Positions 13,241 to 25,248 of a stretch of 64,000 bases of DNA are shown piece after piece. Made by a program: the position numbers and the translations under genes. Each line of letters opens with the position of its first letter. Position 1 is the first letter of the stretch. Under the pieces are notes generated by a model. The model was not told the origin of the DNA. It searched no databases and saw only the letters and a list, made by a program, of their open reading frames with translations. This DNA is from Heptranchias perlo (lineage: Eukaryota), in the NCBI RefSeq assembly GCF_035084215.1, contig NC_090327.1, positions 86,986,001 through 87,050,000 of the forward strand. Reading direction: 5' to 3'.

Positions 13241-14394
13241 AGCAGGACCTGAAGTTACTATTTCTGGTGGTTTATAGCGATATTATTTATTTCTCCTTAC
13301 TGAGACCTATATTTTCTATATATTTGATTGCGTTTGTATGGCATCAGAATCTGTTGTGTTAAAGAGAGAAAAACTTCCACAATTGCATTTTCTTAAACAA
13401 GCTGTGCTTAATGTGCATAAACGATGGTTTGAGGGCTTCAAACTACAATTTTCATATCATCAATAAAATAAAGAGGGACGTAAAGAAGGAAAATGGCATA
13501 TGTTCTGTGGGTTTTCAAGTCAGGTCATCGTTAAGATTAGTAACATAAATCACTCCAGCATAATATTATCCTTGGCTTTTATTAACAGATTTTTTTTATT
13601 ACTATTGTGGTGGTGTGGGGCCGACTTAATGGTTTTCTCAACACAACAGTGAGGTGAAAGGTCACAGAACTACTTCAAAAAATTCTTAAAATAGCAAGTT
13701 GACAGTAATATTCATCATATATACCGTATATGGAAATATACTGTATGTCAGATTTTCTTCCATCCTATATACTTTATAAGGAACTGCAAACCATTTGGTT
13801 GTAAGCCTGAAGTATTAACATTACAAAGGTGTACAGCTCTTTTTTGTGACTGTCAATCAGCGCTGTATTCAGACTCTGCAAACCTGCTCTAAATGGCAAG
13901 AACTTATGATACTCTTCCCAAATATGGTAAAATTTTATTACATGTTAAATGCAAGACCAATAAATACCATATTACGTGATATGATGGAGAAGTCAAAGAC
14001 TTTACCCTATTCTTGAGGTTCAGATGATGTTCAAAAACTACTCAAGCTTTGTTCTTGCACTTTATGGAATCTTTGATTAAGTTACAACTTTTTACTCACC
14101 ATCAGATATTTATTGTTGTATCTTTTGCAACTTATGTGGCCGATCAGACCATGGAATACAAACACCTTATTTTAGTGCAAGAGCGGTGGATTCTTGTGGA
14201 TGATGTAGGGGCCAATGATCACAAATTTGTAGATCTAGTATCTAAAATGATGGCTGTAGCGGAATGCAACAAGATTGAAGTTATGTCTGTTTGATATTAG
14301 TAATGAATGCATCATGGTGTTGTATGAAATTCCTTTGTTCATCATCAGTTCTTCCAAAACCTTTCTCTTGCACAGGATACAAGAAGGAACTGAC

Positions 14395-14846
14395 ATCATA
14401 GAAACATAGAACGTTATAGCACAGAAGCAGACCATTTGGCCCATCAAGTCTGCACCAGTGTTTTTCTGCACATAAGCCACCTAGTCTATTCCTACACTCC
14501 TGCTCGGTCCCAATACCCTTTAAGATAGAACTATGGAAATTCACAGCACAGAAGGAGATCAATCATTGTGCCTGTGCCTGCTAGAGTAATCCAAAACTAA
14601 TCCCATTGCCTTGCTTTCTCTCCATAACCTTGTATCTTCCCCTGCTTCAAATATTTATCCAAGTTTCCCTTAGGAAAATGTAATAATCACTGCTTCAACC
14701 ATTCCTTGCGGCAAAACATTCCGTACTATAACAACCCTCTGCCTAAAGAAATTCGTCCTAGCATTGATCTTCACTCTTTTAGTAATTTTAAATTAATGAT
14801 TCCTGTCACTTACTCCCAACTAGAGGAAATAATCTTTCTTTATTCC
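14395..14846 (-). mobile_element. Two degenerate CR1 3' ends
   Basis: CATAGAAACATAGAA..AGCACAGAAG..CCATTTGGCCCATCAAG, then a second CACAGCACAGAAGGAG start. Confidence 0.55.
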
Positions 14847-14869
14847 ATCAAAGTGCTTCATGTGACCTA

Positions 14870-15090
14870 AGTGATGGGTGAGCAGGACTTAGTATGGGAC
14901 AGGATGCATGCAGTAGAGATTTGGATAAGTTGGACTTTGTGGAAGATGGCAAGCCACCAAGGAGTCTATTAGAATAGTTGATTCTGAAGATGACAAAATC
15001 ATGTATGAGGGTTTCAGAGGCAAATGGGTTTTGGTGGGGTAGAGGGGGCAGTTTTCCTGAGGTGGAAATAGGGATTCTTTGTAATGTAGA
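14870..15090 (-). mobile_element. L2 fragment
   Basis: Decayed translation ETLIHDFVIFRINYSNRLLGGLPSS resembles the L2 motif ETLIHAFVTSRLDYSNALLAGLP. Confidence 0.6.
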
Positions 15091-15117
15091 GGATATTGTA
15101 GGTACGGTAGTGTAGTA

Positions 15118-16408
15118 ATTACATAGAATTACATAGAATGTACAGCACAGAAACAGGCCATTTGTCCCAACTGGTCTATACCAGTGTTTATGCTCCACAC
15201 GAGCCTCCTTCCACCCTTCTTCATCTAACCCCATCAACATATCCTTCTATTCCTTTCTCCCTCATGTGCTTATCTAGCTTCCCCTTAAATCCATCTATGT
15301 TAGTTGTGTCAACTACTCCGTGTGGTAGTGAGTTCCACATTCTAACCACTCTCTGGGTAAAGAAGTTTCTCCTAAATTTTCTATTGGATTTATTATTGAC
15401 TATCTTATATTTATGGCCCCTAATTCTGGTTTCCCCCGCAAGTGGAAACATCTTCTCTACGTCTACCCTATCAAACCCTTTCATATTCTTAAAGACCTCT
15501 ATTAGGTCAGCCCTTGGTCTTATCTTTTCTAGAGAAAAGAGCCCCAGCCTGCTCAATCTTTCCTGAGAGGTATAACCTCTCAGTTCTGGTATCATCCGTG
15601 TGAATCTTTTTTGCACCTTCTCCAGTGCATCTATATCTTTTAATAATATGGAGACCAGAACTGTGCATAGTACTCCAAGTGTGGTCTAACCAAGGTTCTA
15701 CACAAGTTTAACATAACTTCTCTGCTTTTCAATTCTATCCCTCTAGAAATGAACCCCAGTGCTTTGTTTGCTTTTTTTATGGTCTTATTAATCTGCGTCG
15801 CTACTTTTAGTGATTTGTGTATCTGTGCCCCCAGATCCCTCTGCTCCTCCACCCCATTTAGACTTTTATTATCCAAGGAGTATGTGGCCTCCTTATTCTT
15901 CTTACCAAAATGTACCACCTCATGCTTATCTATATTGGAATTCATTTGCCAATTACATGCCCATTCTGCAAATTTATTAATGTCTTCCTGTATTTTGTCA
16001 CAGTTCTCCTCAGTATTAACTATACCACTCAATTTGGTGTCGTCCGCAAATTTTGAAATTGTACTTCCCATTCCCGAGTCCAAATCGTTTATGTAAATGA
16101 TGAACAACAGTGGTCCCAGCACCGATCCTTGAGGAACACCACTTCCCACCTTTTGCCAGTCTGAGTAGATACCCTTAACCTCTACTTTCTGTTTTTTGTT
16201 TTGTAGCCAGCTTGCTATCCATTTTGTACTTGTCCCCTGACTCCACATGATCTGACTTTAGTCATGAGTCTACTATGCGGCATCTTATTGAAGGCTTTTT
16301 GAAAATCCAAATATATTACATCAACTATATTACTCTTGTCTACCCTTTCTGTTACTTCTTCAAAGAATTCAATAAGGTTGATCAAGCATGACCTTCCCTT
16401 TTGAAATT
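15118..16408 (-). mobile_element. CR1 3' half (RT and C-terminus)
   Basis: ORFs 15640-16248 (GVPQGSVLGP..FADD) and 15221-15616; (TTACATAGAA) tail. Confidence 0.92.
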
Positions 16409-16411
16409 TGT

Positions 16412-16895
16412 TACGTTACTGGACTAGTAATCCAGAGACCTAAATTAATAATCAAATGATCGTGAGTTCAACTCCTACCACATCAACTTGAGAATTTGAA
16501 TTCAGTTAAAAAAAAGCTTGAAATAAAAAGCTGGTATCAGTAAAAGGGTCCATGAAGCTGTCGGATTGTTGTAAAAATCCAACTGATTCACTAATGTCCT
16601 TTAGGGAAGGAAACCTGTTGCCCTTACCCAGTCTGGCCTATATGTGACTCCAATCCCACACTAACAGGGTTGACTCTTACCTGCCCACTGTAGAGGCCTA
16701 GCAAGTCACTCAGTTGTATCAAGCCGCTAATGTCCTGCAATCCCCTACCTATTAGCATTGTGGGAGCACCTTCACCATGTGGACTGCAGCGATTCAAGAA
16801 GATGACCCACCACCAACATCTCAGGGTAGCTAGCGATGGGAAATAAATGTTGTCCTTGCCAGCAAGGCCCACATCCCGAAAATTTATATTTTTTT
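16412..16895 (+). mobile_element. HE1-type elasmobranch SINE
   Basis: tRNA-like head (GGACTAGTAATCCAGAG..GAGTTCAACTCC), body TCACTAATGTCCTTTAGGGAAGGAAA, and a 3' part shared with the LINE end at 63060-63460. Confidence 0.8.
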
Positions 16896-16904
16896 GAAAA
16901 AAGG

Positions 16905-17180
16905 TCAAAAACTCAGTGGAGGGTGAAACAGAATGTCAAGGTTGTGAACAGTTTGGTTCAGTCTGAGACAGTGGCAAGGAAGGGAACGGAATCAGTAGCA
17001 AGGGAGTTAAGTTTGTGTAGGAGCTGAAGATGATGGATTTGACCTTCCCAACAGTGAGGTGGAGGAAGCTCATCCAGGGCTGGGTGTTGGACAAAAAGTC
17101 TGACAGCGTAAAGATAATTGAGGGATTCAGAAAAGTGGTGAAAAGGTGGAGTTGGTTGTTGTAGGCACTCATGTAGAACT
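16905..17180 (-). mobile_element. L2 RT fragment
   Basis: Decayed HKLNSLATDSVP..LNQTVHNL, matching the element at 49235-51567. Confidence 0.6.
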
Positions 17181-17224
17181 TTCAACTCCTTTCCTATTGA
17201 ACAGCAACAGCTGCATGGCAGGCT

Positions 17225-17590
17225 GCCCAATTTCATGGCATTACTGGATTCTCCCAAGTACAGGGGGTCCTTGATGGCACTGATGTGCTCCCTTGGAACA
17301 ACAAAATGGCTTATATGAAAAGAAAGGGTTCTACTCCATCATTGCACAGCTGATCTTATACTGTCAACACTGTATCATGCAAGTCAACATCTGTTTTCCA
17401 GGCAGTGTACACAGTGCTCTCATTTTGCAGCAATCATCTGTGACAGACTTATTTCAAGATGAAGGGAAATTAGAATGACGGCTTCTGAGGGACCAGAACT
17501 AGTGCAGATACAACAAAAGCAATTCAACCACTTGGATCACTGTTGAGCATACCAATGGCATCTTGAAGCAGCACTTCAGCTATCCAACAA
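17225..17590 (+). pseudogene. Harbinger (HARBI1-like DDE) transposase remnant
   Basis: GFSQVQGVLDGTDV /frameshift/ KKGFYSIIAQL..IMQVNICFPGSVHSALILQQSSV matches the family pattern GFPxVQGAIDCTH..RKGFHS..FPGSxHD. Confidence 0.8.
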
Positions 17591-17649
17591 ATCAGGGTAC
17601 CGGACAGAACTATTCCTTTAAAGGAACCCTGCTGTCCATGTGTAACTGA

Positions 17650-17854
17650 GATGTGGAGATGCCGGTGATAGACTGGGGTGGACAAATGTAAGGAATCTTA
17701 CAACACCAGGTTATAGTCCAACAGTTTTATTTGAAATCACAAGCTTTCGGAGTTTACCTCCTGTGTCACCTGACGAAGGAGGTAAACTCCGAAAGCTTGT
17801 GATTTTCAAATAAAACTGTTGGACTATAACCTGGTGTTGTAAGATTCCTTACAT
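17650..17854 (-). mobile_element. Penelope-like foldback insertion, copy 2
   Basis: Tail at 17650-17685. Inverted arms at 17686-17762 and 17777-17854 (1 indel). 15-bp direct repeat CATGTGTAACTGAGA at 17637-17651 and 17852-17866. Confidence 0.85.
17766..17802 (+). ncRNA. Minimal type I hammerhead ribozyme motif
   Basis: TCAC-CTGACGA-A-GGAG(GTAAA)CTCC-GAAA-GC-TT-GTGA. Confidence 0.8.
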
Positions 17855-19772
17855 GTGTAACTGAGAAAGTGACTAAGAGCATCTTCTGCAACACTGTTCT
17901 GCATTTCCTCAGCTACCATATAGGGCCATTGTTTCATGTGCTGTTTCCTTATCCTGAACAATCAAAATCAAAAAATATTCTGGACAAAGTTCAAATGCAG
18001 TACAAACAATGTATTATACTATTTTGTGTCATGAGTGATGTTTCTGCTTTCCCATGGTGCTTTTCCTTCGTGCTAGGCATTGTGTGTACCGTCTAACCTC
18101 TAATCTTCCTCTAAGTGATTGCCCTGTGGAAAGCATAAGTGCGTTGGCTACCTGCAGGGTTCCAGTGAAACTTGGATGAGATTCAGGTGGCCTTGTACCT
18201 CATTGTGCTGGTTCCTGAAATGGCCTTGCAACTGATTCAGCCATGTCGGCTGCTGCTTTTGCTATGCCTGCTTTCTGGCAGATCTACTGTCACTTGTGCA
18301 GGGGTGTTAAGTGGATAAGATCCAGCATCACCCTCGGAAACAACACCCCAACGTGTATCTACTCCACAAATATCCCTGATGCTGGGCGATCCCTCAGCAG
18401 ATCCATTAATCTGCATAGGAACATACCTAATGGCAACAGTAACGTCTGTGAAATCCTGTCTCATCCAATCTCCCAGTATGCTAAACTGGATAAGAGAACC
18501 TTTTATAAATTGGAAACCACGGTCTCTATAGCAGCAATCTGAGCATTCCCAAGAGATATTCTGACATGGGATTTAGCATCTGCACCTCTGAAGGTTCCCC
18601 TACAGATGTCTCTGGAGATGTCAAATGCTGCCAGGTAGACGGCAGTGCAGACAACTGTTCATCCACAATTGCATAGATGCAGCTAATGGATTCCTCCACA
18701 TTCTTTGTCAACCTTGCAGGATACTCCAGTGATTGCAATCTCCATTTAAACACAAGCCCTGTACTGCAGCTGAGAAAGGAACAAAGCTGGCCTGCTGGGC
18801 GGTAGGTGACCTCTCCTCATCTGCTACCATCACTTGCTCCTCCTTACCCATGCCCTGTAATGCATCCAGCACTACCTCCTCAAGCTAACTATCTACATCC
18901 TCTGAGGTACGCGTAGCTATGCTGGTAATTGCAAAGGGTGGTGAGAGTGAGTCAGGATGCTGTGAGGTCTTGGCTTGCTTAGGAACATTGAAGTGCTGGC
19001 AGGCTGTTCTTCCAGGCCTACAAAATCAGAAGAGGAACATATTTCACAATGCTGTTCCAAGAAGCATCTTTAAACAGCGCTTGCATAACAATACACTGTG
19101 TGATCTTTTTTAATGACTGAATGTATTCCAGTGTGTCAGTTAGTGAGTAAGGGGACAACATATAACAAGAAGGGAATGCACTAGTTCTAAGCTTAGGATG
19201 GTCTCCATGCTCTTATCATGTCCAGAGTGGCCTTCTCAAAAGCAGTCAAGAGTTTGTAGTTTCTGGGCCCTCCTCCAATTTGTGTCTGTGGTATGGAACA
19301 AATGCAAGTAGCAATTTGAAACTGAAACTCCTGTCACATTGAAATCCTAAAGGAGTTAGTTGCAGCAAATCCAGTTTGGGTCTGTTTCCGGCAATGAAGT
19401 ACCATCTTGTTCTGCAAACAAGGTGTTGAGATGTTGCAAATTTTGACAGCACATAAAACGATAGAAGTCACCCATCTTGTGTGATAAGAAATGAGTGTGC
19501 ATTATGCAACTAAGTTGTCACACAAGGATTTGCTGCATTTAAGATCTCAGTGCAACAGAGGTTTCAGATTGGAATTGCTGCTTGTATCTATGACATGCCA
19601 CAGTATGGCCATGCATGGTAAGCATGTAATGGGTTGATTCTGCCCAGCAGGACTGAACAGAATAAGCTTTGAAGGGAGCAGCAGTAATTGAGTTACAAGT
19701 TATCAGGAAACACTTTTTTCCATGTGTACTAGGAGCAGCTATTTGGCATAGAAAGCTATTCTTTAGCCTTAC

Positions 19773-19985
19773 CTTGGCAGCTTTCTTCAGATCTGCCATC
19801 TTCTTTCTGGATCCAGATGCTCTGGGTCATACAGGCAGCATTGACCCTGTTTGCTATCTTCTGCCAGGTGCACAAGTCTTTTATTTCTGGAGGGTGTCCT
19901 TCTGTCCCATATGGGAAAGTACCCACTTCCTGCACTTTTGTGTGAGCAGTTCCAGTACTGCATTGTCAGAGTAGTCACTTTGTGG
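19773..19985 (-). pseudogene. Myb/SANT-like DNA-binding exon of Harbinger ORF2 (frameshifted)
   Basis: YSDNAVLELL.. /fs/ FPYGTEGHPPEIKDLCTWQKIANRVNAACMTQSIWIQ /fs/ RKKMADLKKAAK, followed by the splice donor GTAAGG. Confidence 0.7.
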
Positions 19986-20077
19986 ATGAGATGCCTTCTT
20001 TTTAAAAATAGTTCTCAATGCAAACCCCTGCCTGCTTTCCCATGTGATAATTTCTGTGTCTGAAATTGGGTTTGAAA

Positions 20078-20435
20078 ATGCCTGAAGAGAAGAAACCAGC
20101 ACCCAACAAGGGTACCAAGAAAATTGTGAGTACAATCACAGCAAAGGGCGGCAAGAAGAGAAGAAGGTCGAGGAAGGAAAGTTACTCAATCTACATCTAC
20201 AAAGTGATGAAGCAAGTTCACCCACGGCACCGACATCTCCTCCAAGACCATGAGCATCATGAGCTCCTTTGTGAATGATATTTTCGAGCACATCATGGGT
20301 GAAGTTCCCACTTGGCACATTACAACAAGTGCTCAACCTTCAGGTTCCAGAAGATCCGGACTGCTACGCTACCTGGCCAAGCACGGCATGTCGGAAGGGA
20401 CAAAGGCTTTGATCAAGTACATCAGCTCCAAGTAA
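20078..20435 (+). pseudogene. H2B: Histone H2B pseudogene
   Basis: [39 protein letters not shown] /fs/ ..[15 protein letters not shown].. /fs and deletion/ LAKHGMSEGTKALIKYISSK*. CpG decay is visible, and there is no histone stem-loop downstream. Confidence 0.93.
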
Positions 20436-21050
20436 AACTTCATAAGTGCTGAAAAAAACAAACCCATGAGATAATGGTGCTGTTTAAATAGTTGCTAAAG
20501 CCACTTAAATGCTATTCAATTGCTTAACAAGTGCAACTGCTCCATTAGCTAATTCACTGTGGGGGCAGCAGCTTCCATGAATTACACTTGACTTCATAAT
20601 TAAGAATATTGGGGGCTAACGGCCAAGTAAGCCTACTCTTGAAAATTAATCTAAATTCACGTTATCCTTCCTGCCCAAAGTGTACTCCTCCTGACATGAT
20701 CTGAACCTGCCTGGAGTTCTAGGTTCAGGACATCTGCATAGGCCCAATGCTGTCCAGGCATAGGCCCACCCCTTGGTAGGGTGGAAAAGGCTACTGGATT
20801 TGGGGCCTTCTGGCTGTTGTCCAAAAACAGCAGCCAAAAGGCATCCAACCCTGAAGATTTAATGAAGCAATTGAGGAAAAAAGGCCACTTACCTTTTTAG
20901 GCTCCTCTCAGATCCTCCAAACAGAGAAAGGATGACAGGCACAAGGCCTACAGCTAACCTCTTCTTGTACCCCAGCACTTGGGTGTCCTAACAACATGCT
21001 TGCAGCAAAATGAGATGGAAATCCTGTTAGCGCCCTCTCACTTCATTTGC

Positions 21051-24000
21051 AAGGTTCTGCTGAGAGAGTTTGAGCAGCTAGGGACTAAATTAAAAAGCAG
21101 AACCACAAAGGTAATAATCTCTGGATTATTACATGAGCCACGAACAAATTGGCATAAGGTCAATAGGATCAGGGAGATAAATGCATGGCTCAAAGATTGG
21201 TGTGGGAGAAGTTGGGTTTCGATTCATGGGGCACTGGCACCAGTACCGGGAAAGAGAGAGCTGTTCCATTAGGACGGACTAGACCTGAACCATGCTGGGA
21301 CCAGAGTTCTAGTGAATCAAATAAATAGGGAGGTAGATAGGGCTTTAAACTAAATAAGGGGTGGGGGAGGGTCCCAGTGGAGAGAAATCTAGAATGCTAA
21401 AGAGAAAAGACAAAGAAGCAGTGCAGGAAAGTGACTGGGGTAAGGATAACCAGATTGTGTCAGGAAGGGACAGAGCATACAAACAAAAGAGTGCACTAAC
21501 ATTTAGGGTCCGGGTAAGAAAAAAACTGGTAATAAGACAAATAGGGCCATAGTACAAAAAAATGTTAAGATGTCTAAAAATGTTAAAAAGACAAATCTAA
21601 AGGCACTGTATCTGAACGCACAACGCATTCGTAATAAGGTAGATGAATTAACAGCACAAATAGATGTAAACGGATATGATACAAGTGCAATTACGGAGAC
21701 ATGGCTGCAGGGTGACCAAAGCTGGGAGCTGAATATGCAAGGGTATTCAATATTTAGGAAGGACAGGCAAAAAGGAAAAGGAGGTGGGGTGACATTGTTA
21801 GTAAAGGATGAAATCAGCAATAGTGAGAAAGGATATTGGCTCAGAAAATCAAGATGTAGAATCAGTTTGGATGGAATTAAGAAGCACTAAGGGCCAGAAA
21901 ACACTGATGGGAGTTGTCTATAGGCCTCCAAACAGTAGTGGTAATGTAGGGGATGACATCAAACAGGAAATTAGAGATGCATGTAACAAGGGTTCTACAG
22001 TAATCATGGGTGACTTTAATCTACATATAGACTGGCCAAACCAAATTAGCAATAATACTGTAGAGGATGAATTCCTGGAGTGTGTACGAGATGGTTTTTT
22101 AGACCAGTACATTGAGAAGCCAACCAGGGAACAGGCTATCCTAGATTGGGTATTGTGCAATGAGAAGGGGTCAATTAATAATCTTGTTGTGCGGGGTCCT
22201 TTAGGGAAGAGTGACCATGACATGATAGAATTCTTCATTAAGATGGAAAGTGAAGTAGTCCAATCCGAAACTAGGGTCCTAAATCTAAACAAAGGAAACT
22301 ACGAAGGTATGAGGAGTGAGTTGGCTATGATAGATTGGGGAGCATCATTAAAAGGCATGACGGTGGATAGGCAATGGCTAACTTTTAAGGAACAAATGCA
22401 TGAATTGCAACAATTATACATTCCTTTCTGGCACAAAAACACAAAAGGAAAAGTGGCCCAACAATGGCTAACAAAAGAAATTAAGAATAGTATTAGATCC
22501 AAAGAGGAGACATATAAAGTTGTCAGAAAAAGTAGCAAGCCTGAGGATTGGGAGTAGTTTAGAGTTCAGCAAAAAAGGACTAAGAGATTGATTAAGAGGG
22601 GAAAAAGAGAGTAAAATTGATTAAGAGAGTAAACTTGCAAGGAACATAAAAGTGGACTGTAAAAGCTTCTACAAGTATGTAAAAAGAAAAAGATTAGTGA
22701 AGGCAAATGTAGGTCCCTTACAGTCAGAAACGGGAGAATTTATAATGGGGAACAAGGAAATGGCAGAGCAATTAAACAAATACTTTGGTTCTGTCTTCAC
22801 GGAAGAAGACACAAATAACTTCCCAGAAATGCTAGGGAACCAGGGGACTAGTGAGAAGGAGGAATTAAAGGAAATTAGTATTAGTAAAAAAATAATGCTG
22901 GAGAAGTTAATAAATCCCCAGGGCCTGATCATCTGCATCCCAGAATACTAAAAGAGGTAGCCATGGAAATAATGGATGCATTGGTTGTCATCTTCCAAAA
23001 TTCTATAGATTATGGAACAGTTCCTGCAGATTGGAGGGTGGCCAATGTAACCCCACTATTTATAAAAGGAGGGAGAGAGAAAACAGGGAACTACGGACTG
23101 GTTAGTCTTTCATCAGTTGTACGGAAAATGCTAGAGTCTATTATAAAGGATGTGATAACAGGACACTTAGAAAATATCAACGGGATTAGACAAAGTCAAC
23201 ATGGATTTATGAAAGGGAGATCATGTTTGACAAACCTACTGGAGTTTTTTGAGGATGTAACTGGTTGAATAGATAAGGGAGAACCAGTGGATGTGGTTTA
23301 TTTGGATTTTCAGAAGGCCTTTGATAAAGTCCCACATAAGAGGTTAGTGTGCAAAATTAAAGCACATGGGATTGGGGGTAATATACTGGCATGGATTGAA
23401 AATTGGTTGACAGACAGGAAACAGAGAGTAGGAATAAATGGGTATTTTTCAGGGTGGCAGGCAGTGACTAGTGGGGTACTGCAGGGATCAGTGCTTGGGC
23501 CCCAGCTATTCACAATATATATCAATGATTTGGATGAGGGAACCAAATGTAATATTTCCAAGTTTGCTGTCAACACAAAACTAGGTGGGATTGTGAGTTG
23601 TGAGGAGGATGCAAAGAGGCTTCAAGGCAATTTAGACAAGTTGAGTGAATGGGCAAATACATGGCAGATGCAGTATAATGTGGATAAATGTGAAATTATC
23701 CACTTCAGAAGGAAAAACAGAAAGGCAGAGTATTATTTAAATGTCGATAGATTGGGAAATGTTGATGTACAAAGGGACCTGGGTGTCCTTGTACACCAAT
23801 CCCTGAAAGCAAACATGCAGGTGCAGCAAGCAGTTAGGAAGGCAAATGGCATGTTGGCCTTCATTGCAAGAGGATTTGAGTACAGGAGCAAGGATGTCTC
23901 ACTGCAGTTATACAGGGCCTTGGTGAGACCACACCTGGAGTATTGTGTGCAGTTTTGGTTTCCTTAGCTAAGAAAGGATATACTTGCCATAGAAGGAGTG

Positions 24001-24503
24001 CAGCGAAGGTTCACCAGACTGATTCCTGGGATGGCAGGACTGTCGCATGAGGAGAGATTGGGTCAACTTGGCCTGTATTCACTCGAGTTTAGAAGAATGA
24101 GAGGGGCTCTCATTGAAACATATAAAATTCTGATAGGGCTAGACAGACTGGATGCAGGGAGGATGTTTCCCCTGGCTGGGGGGGTCTAGAACGAGGGTTC
24201 ACAGTCTCAGGATACGGGGTAGGATATTTAGGACTGAGATGAGCAGAAATTTCTTCACTCAGAGGGTGGTGAACCTGTGGAATTCTCTACCACAGAAGGC
24301 TGTGGCGGCCAAGTCATTGAATATATTTAAGAAGGAGCTAGATAGATTTCTAGACACAAAAGGCATCAAGGGGTATGGGGAGAGAGTGGGAATATGGTAT
24401 CGAGATAGAGGATCAGCCATGATCATATTGAATGGCGGAGCAGGCTCGAAGGGCCGAATGGCCTACTCCTGCTCCTATTTTCTATGTATGTTTCTATCTA
24501 TGT
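21051..24503 (+). mobile_element. CR1 LINE from the ORF1 3' end through the EN-RT ORF2 (frameshifted, with stops)
   Basis: Esterase remnant (VIISGLL..INAWLKDWC), EN at 21570-22557, RT at 22963-23967, tail TTTCTATGTATGTTTCTATCTATGT. ORF2 is very similar to the copy at 431-3857. Confidence 0.95.
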
Positions 24504-24696
24504 AAGGCACCTGCTCCACACACAATGCACTGTGCACCACCGCCCCCCCCCCCCCCCCGCCCCCGCCTCACCCTTTTACCATAGGAAATCCCTCGGCAGC
24601 GTAAAGGTGGCGGAAAGTGTTCTCCAAGCGCTGTGTGGAGGCAAAAACCCTGGAATCATTTAAGAAACAATTGAATGCTACAATTAGGGGGAAGAT

Positions 24697-25248
24697 AAGA
24701 ACATAAAAACATAAGAAATAGGAACAGGATTGGCCATAAGGCCCCTTGAGCCTGCTCCGCCATTCAATCAGATCATCGCTGATCTTCAACCTCAGCTCCA
24801 CTTTCCTGCCTGATCCCCATATCTCTTGATTCCACTGGAGTGTAAAAATCTATCAATCTCAGCCTTGAATATACTCAACGACTCAGCATCCACAGCCCTC
24901 TGGAGTAAAGAATTCCAAAGTTGCACAACCCTTTGAGTGAAGAAATTTCTCCTCATCTCAGTATTAAATGGCTTACCCTTTATCCTGTGACTATGCCTCC
25001 TAGTTCAAGACTCTCCAGCCAGGGGAAACAACCTTTTAGTATCTACCCTGTCAAGCCCTCTCAGAATATCATACGTTTCAATGAGATCACCTTGCATTCT
25101 TCTAAACTCCAGAAAGTATAGGCCCCTTCTACTCAATCTCTCCTCATAGAATAACCCTCTCATCCCAGGAATTAATCTAGTGAACTTCCGTTGCACTGCC
25201 TCTAAGGCAGATATATCTTTCCTTAGTCAAAGAGACCTAAACTGTACA
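24697..25248 (-). mobile_element. CR1 3' fragment
   Basis: AAGAACATAAAAACATAAGAAATAGGA tail; ORF 25005-25196 QRKFTRLIPGM. Confidence 0.88.

Noticed and set aside
20078-20435. Functional histone H2B or histone cluster
   Set aside because: Multiple frameshifts, an internal deletion, no stem-loop and no neighbouring histone genes.
24537-24567. Poly-C tract, potential G-quadruplex on the minus strand
   Set aside because: Simple homopolymer within transposon terminal sequence; no further support.
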